Part shown: positions 29,948-32,000 of the stretch, in pieces | Position numbering within the stretch: position 1 is the stretch's first letter | Layout of the letters: each line of letters begins with the position of its first letter | Position numbers and translations under genes: made by a program | The notes under the pieces: generated by a model | The model's input: the letters and a program-made list of their open reading frames with translations, nothing else | The model's database searches: none | Told to the model about the DNA's origin: nothing | Assembly: GCA_963704755.1 (NCBI GenBank) | Contig: OY969938.1 | Span: 2,850,001 to 2,882,000, forward strand | Origin: an uncultured Chloroflexia bacterium | GTDB lineage: Bacteria > Chloroflexota > Anaerolineae > Anaerolineales > Anaerolineaceae | DNA length: 32,000 nt | Direction: 5' to 3'

Positions 29948-32000
29948 TCAGCAGAGTATGGGCAGGTGGGCTTGGGTGTGCGGGTAGCGGTGGGCGGCGA
30001 TATCGTTGGTGTCTTGGTGGGTGTCACCGGGGTTGGCGTCTTGGAAGGCGTCACCGGTGTCGGCGACTTGGTATTGGTGGGTGTCACGGGTGTAGGAGTT
30101 CTTGGAAGGCGTCACCGGGGTAGGCGTCTTGGAAGGCGTGACCGGTGTATGGGTTTTGGTCGGTGTCACCGGCGTGGGCGTCTTGGATGGGGTTACCGGC
30201 GTCTTGGTAGGCGTCTTGGAGGGCGTGAATGTATGCGATGGGATCGGTGTTTTGGATGGTGTAAAGGACGGCGTCACCGGGGTCGGTGTCTTGGAGGGAG
30301 TCACCGGAGTCTTGGTAGGGGTGTTGGAGGGTGTGAGTGTGATCGTAGGCGTCGAGGTCGCTTCAGGTGTCAATGGAACGAGATAGCGCCCGTCGATCAC
30401 GACCGGTTCGCTATCGATACTGCCGGTGATCGTGTCTCCGGCCCAGCCGACCGCCAGGTTATCGTCGCCGGTATTTTCCTTCATCAGGGCTTCCATGTAA
30501 TACAACTGGCCGGCTTGCAAATGAATGACCGCGGATTTTTGAGAACTGTATTTGTCCCATTCCTCTGAACCGGTATAGCCGCCGACCGAGCCGATCAACA
30601 CCTTTTGGCTTGCACTCTGCCCGGCAGTATTCATATAGAGCGCCCCGTTGTCGTCGGAGGACACATAGAAGACGTAGTCTCCATCGTAGGGCGCGCACAG
30701 GTAAGCGCGCATCCGGGTACCGTAATTGTCGTAATTTACATTTCTTCTGCCGCTGCGATAGGTCCAATTGATTGGGGCTTCGAAGGTGGTGGGGTAATTA
30801 TTCCCATCCGGGTCGTTTGGATAACGCGGATTGGACGTCAAATCACTGACGGCGCCGCCGGAGATATTCAGCCACCACTGGCGTAACACTGACCCGGCTC
30901 CGGTACAATAAGTGGCCGGCGGCGTTGCGGTGGGGGTTGGCTCGGGGGAAAGCGGTACCAGGTAGCGACCATCGATCACCACCGGGGTACTGTCCAGGCT
31001 GTCGGTAATGCCGGGGCCGGCCCAACCGATCGCCAGGTTATCGCCTCCGCCGCCCTCTTTGCTAAATGCTTCGATATAGTACAGGTGGCCGCGCTGTAGA
31101 TGCACCACCCCAGACTCCTGGGAAGCTTCCTTGCCCCACTGCTCCGAGTCAGTCCAATCGGGGACATAGGCGATCTGGCTGGCCCCACTGACGTTCTGGT
31201 CTGCGCTCATCAACAAAGAACCGTTGTCGTCCGAGGCGATATAGAAATGATAATCTCCGTCGTAAGGCGCACACAGGTATGCCTGCATCCGGGTACCATA
31301 CATATCGGCCCAATTGGTTGGGCCTTCGAAGCTGGGCAGGTAATCGGTGATATCCGGGTTATAGGGATAATTCGGGTCGCTGGTCAAATCGCTGATCGAT
31401 GTGCCGCCGATGTTTTCCCATACCTGATGCAAAACCGTTCCGGCGCCGTCACAGTAATAGGGTTCGGGTGTATTAGAAGGCAGAGGTGTATCCGAGGGTG
31501 GAGGCGGAGAAAGCGTCCAGAATGCCGCCTGGCCGATGGCGCCCGTCAGGCCGGTAACGCGTGAGGTACGGAATTTTTCGACCAGGCCTTCGCGCTGGGC
31601 GGTGATGCGCAGGGTTTGCCATTGGGCGCTCAGGAAGGGGGTAATCAAGGGGTGGCGATAGGTCAGCACAACCCGCACCCGGTCGCCTGGACCGCCGGCG
31701 TCATCCACGTAATGTTCGATGCCGGTCTGGGTAAACACGTTACCATCCACCGAGCCGATGGCCTGTTCGCAGTAATCGGGGAACTGGTAATCGTTCAGCT
31801 TGTCGGGGTCGTTGGGCGTGTAATAGAGCGGGTTGGGATCGAACTGGAAAACCTTATATTGATTCGAAGATCCCTCGACCGGCTCGACCCGGTTAGAGCA
31901 AACGGTCACATTGAAATAGCCGGGCAGGGCAGGGTCGCCGCGGTCCGTCTGGCTCAGGTCGCTGGTGGCGTAAGCGTTGGCCAGGTAAGCCTGGTAATCG
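29948..32000 (-). CDS. Large secreted protein with two PA14 domains and a Thr/Pro-rich tail (5-prime partial; 3-prime end probably frameshifted)
   Basis: The frame is open to the window edge (no stop upstream of the GTG at 31909). Two PA14-like modules (YGTRM.AYLCAPYDGDY.FY..SDDNG...GDNLA.GWAG). (TPSKTPTPVTPS)n tail. Confidence 0.8.
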   Translation of the reverse strand, partial: DYQAYLANAYATSDLSQTDRGDPALPGYFNVTVCSNRVEPVEGSSNQYKVFQFDPNPLYYTPNDPDKLNDYQFPDYCEQAIGSVDGNVFTQTGIEHYVDDAGGPGDRVRVVLTYRHPLITPFLSAQWQTLRITAQREGLVEKFRTSRVTGLTGAIGQAAFWTLSPPPPSDTPLPSNTPEPYYCDGAGTVLHQVWENIGGTSISDLTSDPNYPYNPDITDYLPSFEGPTNWADMYGTRMQAYLCAPYDGDYHFYIASDDNGSLLMSADQNVSGASQIAYVPDWTDSEQWGKEASQESGVVHLQRGHLYYIEAFSKEGGGGDNLAIGWAGPGITDSLDSTPVVIDGRYLVPLSPEPTPTATPPATYCTGAGSVLRQWWLNISGGAVSDLTSNPRYPNDPDGNNYPTTFEAPINWTYRSGRRNVNYDNYGTRMRAYLCAPYDGDYVFYVSSDDNGALYMNTAGQSASQKVLIGSVGGYTGSEEWDKYSSQKSAVIHLQAGQLYYMEALMKENTGDDNLAVGWAGDTITGSIDSEPVVIDGRYLVPLTPEATSTPTITLTPSNTPTKTPVTPSKTPTPVTPSFTPSKTPIPSHTFTPSKTPTKTPVTPSKTPTPVTPTKTHTPVTPSKTPTPVTPSKNSYTRDTHQYQVADTGDAFQDANPGDTHQDTNDIAAHRYPHTQAHLPILC
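29960..30375 (-). repeat. Imperfect tandem DNA repeats encoding the Thr/Pro-rich linker
   Basis: Reiterated gtcaccgg.gt.gg.gtcttgga.gg units. They generate long Gly/Val-rich shadow ORFs on the plus strand. Confidence 0.6.

Noticed and set aside
29933-30568. Gly/Val/Arg-rich plus-strand ORFs (29933-30568, 30102-30386).
   Set aside because: They are the reverse-complement reading of the Thr/Pro-coding tandem repeats of the PA14 protein gene.

Overview
High-GC bacterial chromosomal window with about 27 protein-coding genes on both strands. The gene content is compatible with a Chloroflexota-like organism, but that cannot be established from this window.

Recognisable genes:
- Housekeeping: rpoD/sigA, rdgB, a yceD-like DUF177 gene, an alaX-type editing protein and comEC.
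- Envelope or secreted: two lipoproteins, a ~780-aa HExxH/TSP3/ConA-like protein, and a 5-prime-partial protein with two PA14 domains and a Thr/Pro-rich tail.
- Regulators: a truncated MarR, a TetR, an orphan OmpR-type response regulator and an orphan GAF-HisKA_3 kinase.
- Hydrolases, a GNAT acetyltransferase and a CPBP protease.
- A NERD/zinc-finger gene split by one in-frame TGA.
- A TPR-UvrD-Cas4-like helicase-nuclease co-transcribed with a DUF1232 protein.

I recognised no rRNA, tRNA, CRISPR array, transposase, integrase or reverse transcriptase.

The most unusual content is non-coding:
1. A dense family of ~112-bp nested-palindrome, MITE-like elements (E family). Their termini are conserved (GTAACTRCTCAG) and one copy has a perfect 8-bp target duplication. 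The long apical hairpin arms differ between copies but are perfectly complementary within each copy.
2. Tandem TAGCNNN heptamer arrays sit at gene 3-prime ends, always in the sense of the incoming gene. They place a TAG in all three reading frames.
3. A second repeat system (R ~190 bp, S ~43 bp) forms two similarly organised composite blocks that bracket a two-gene oxidoreductase/response-regulator module.
4. A 286-bp composite palindromic element has 31-bp inverted termini, each built from three 10-bp phased ACACAGAT repeats.

All functional interpretations of these repeats are inference. Copy numbers, homology and structure need genome-wide computation that I could not run.
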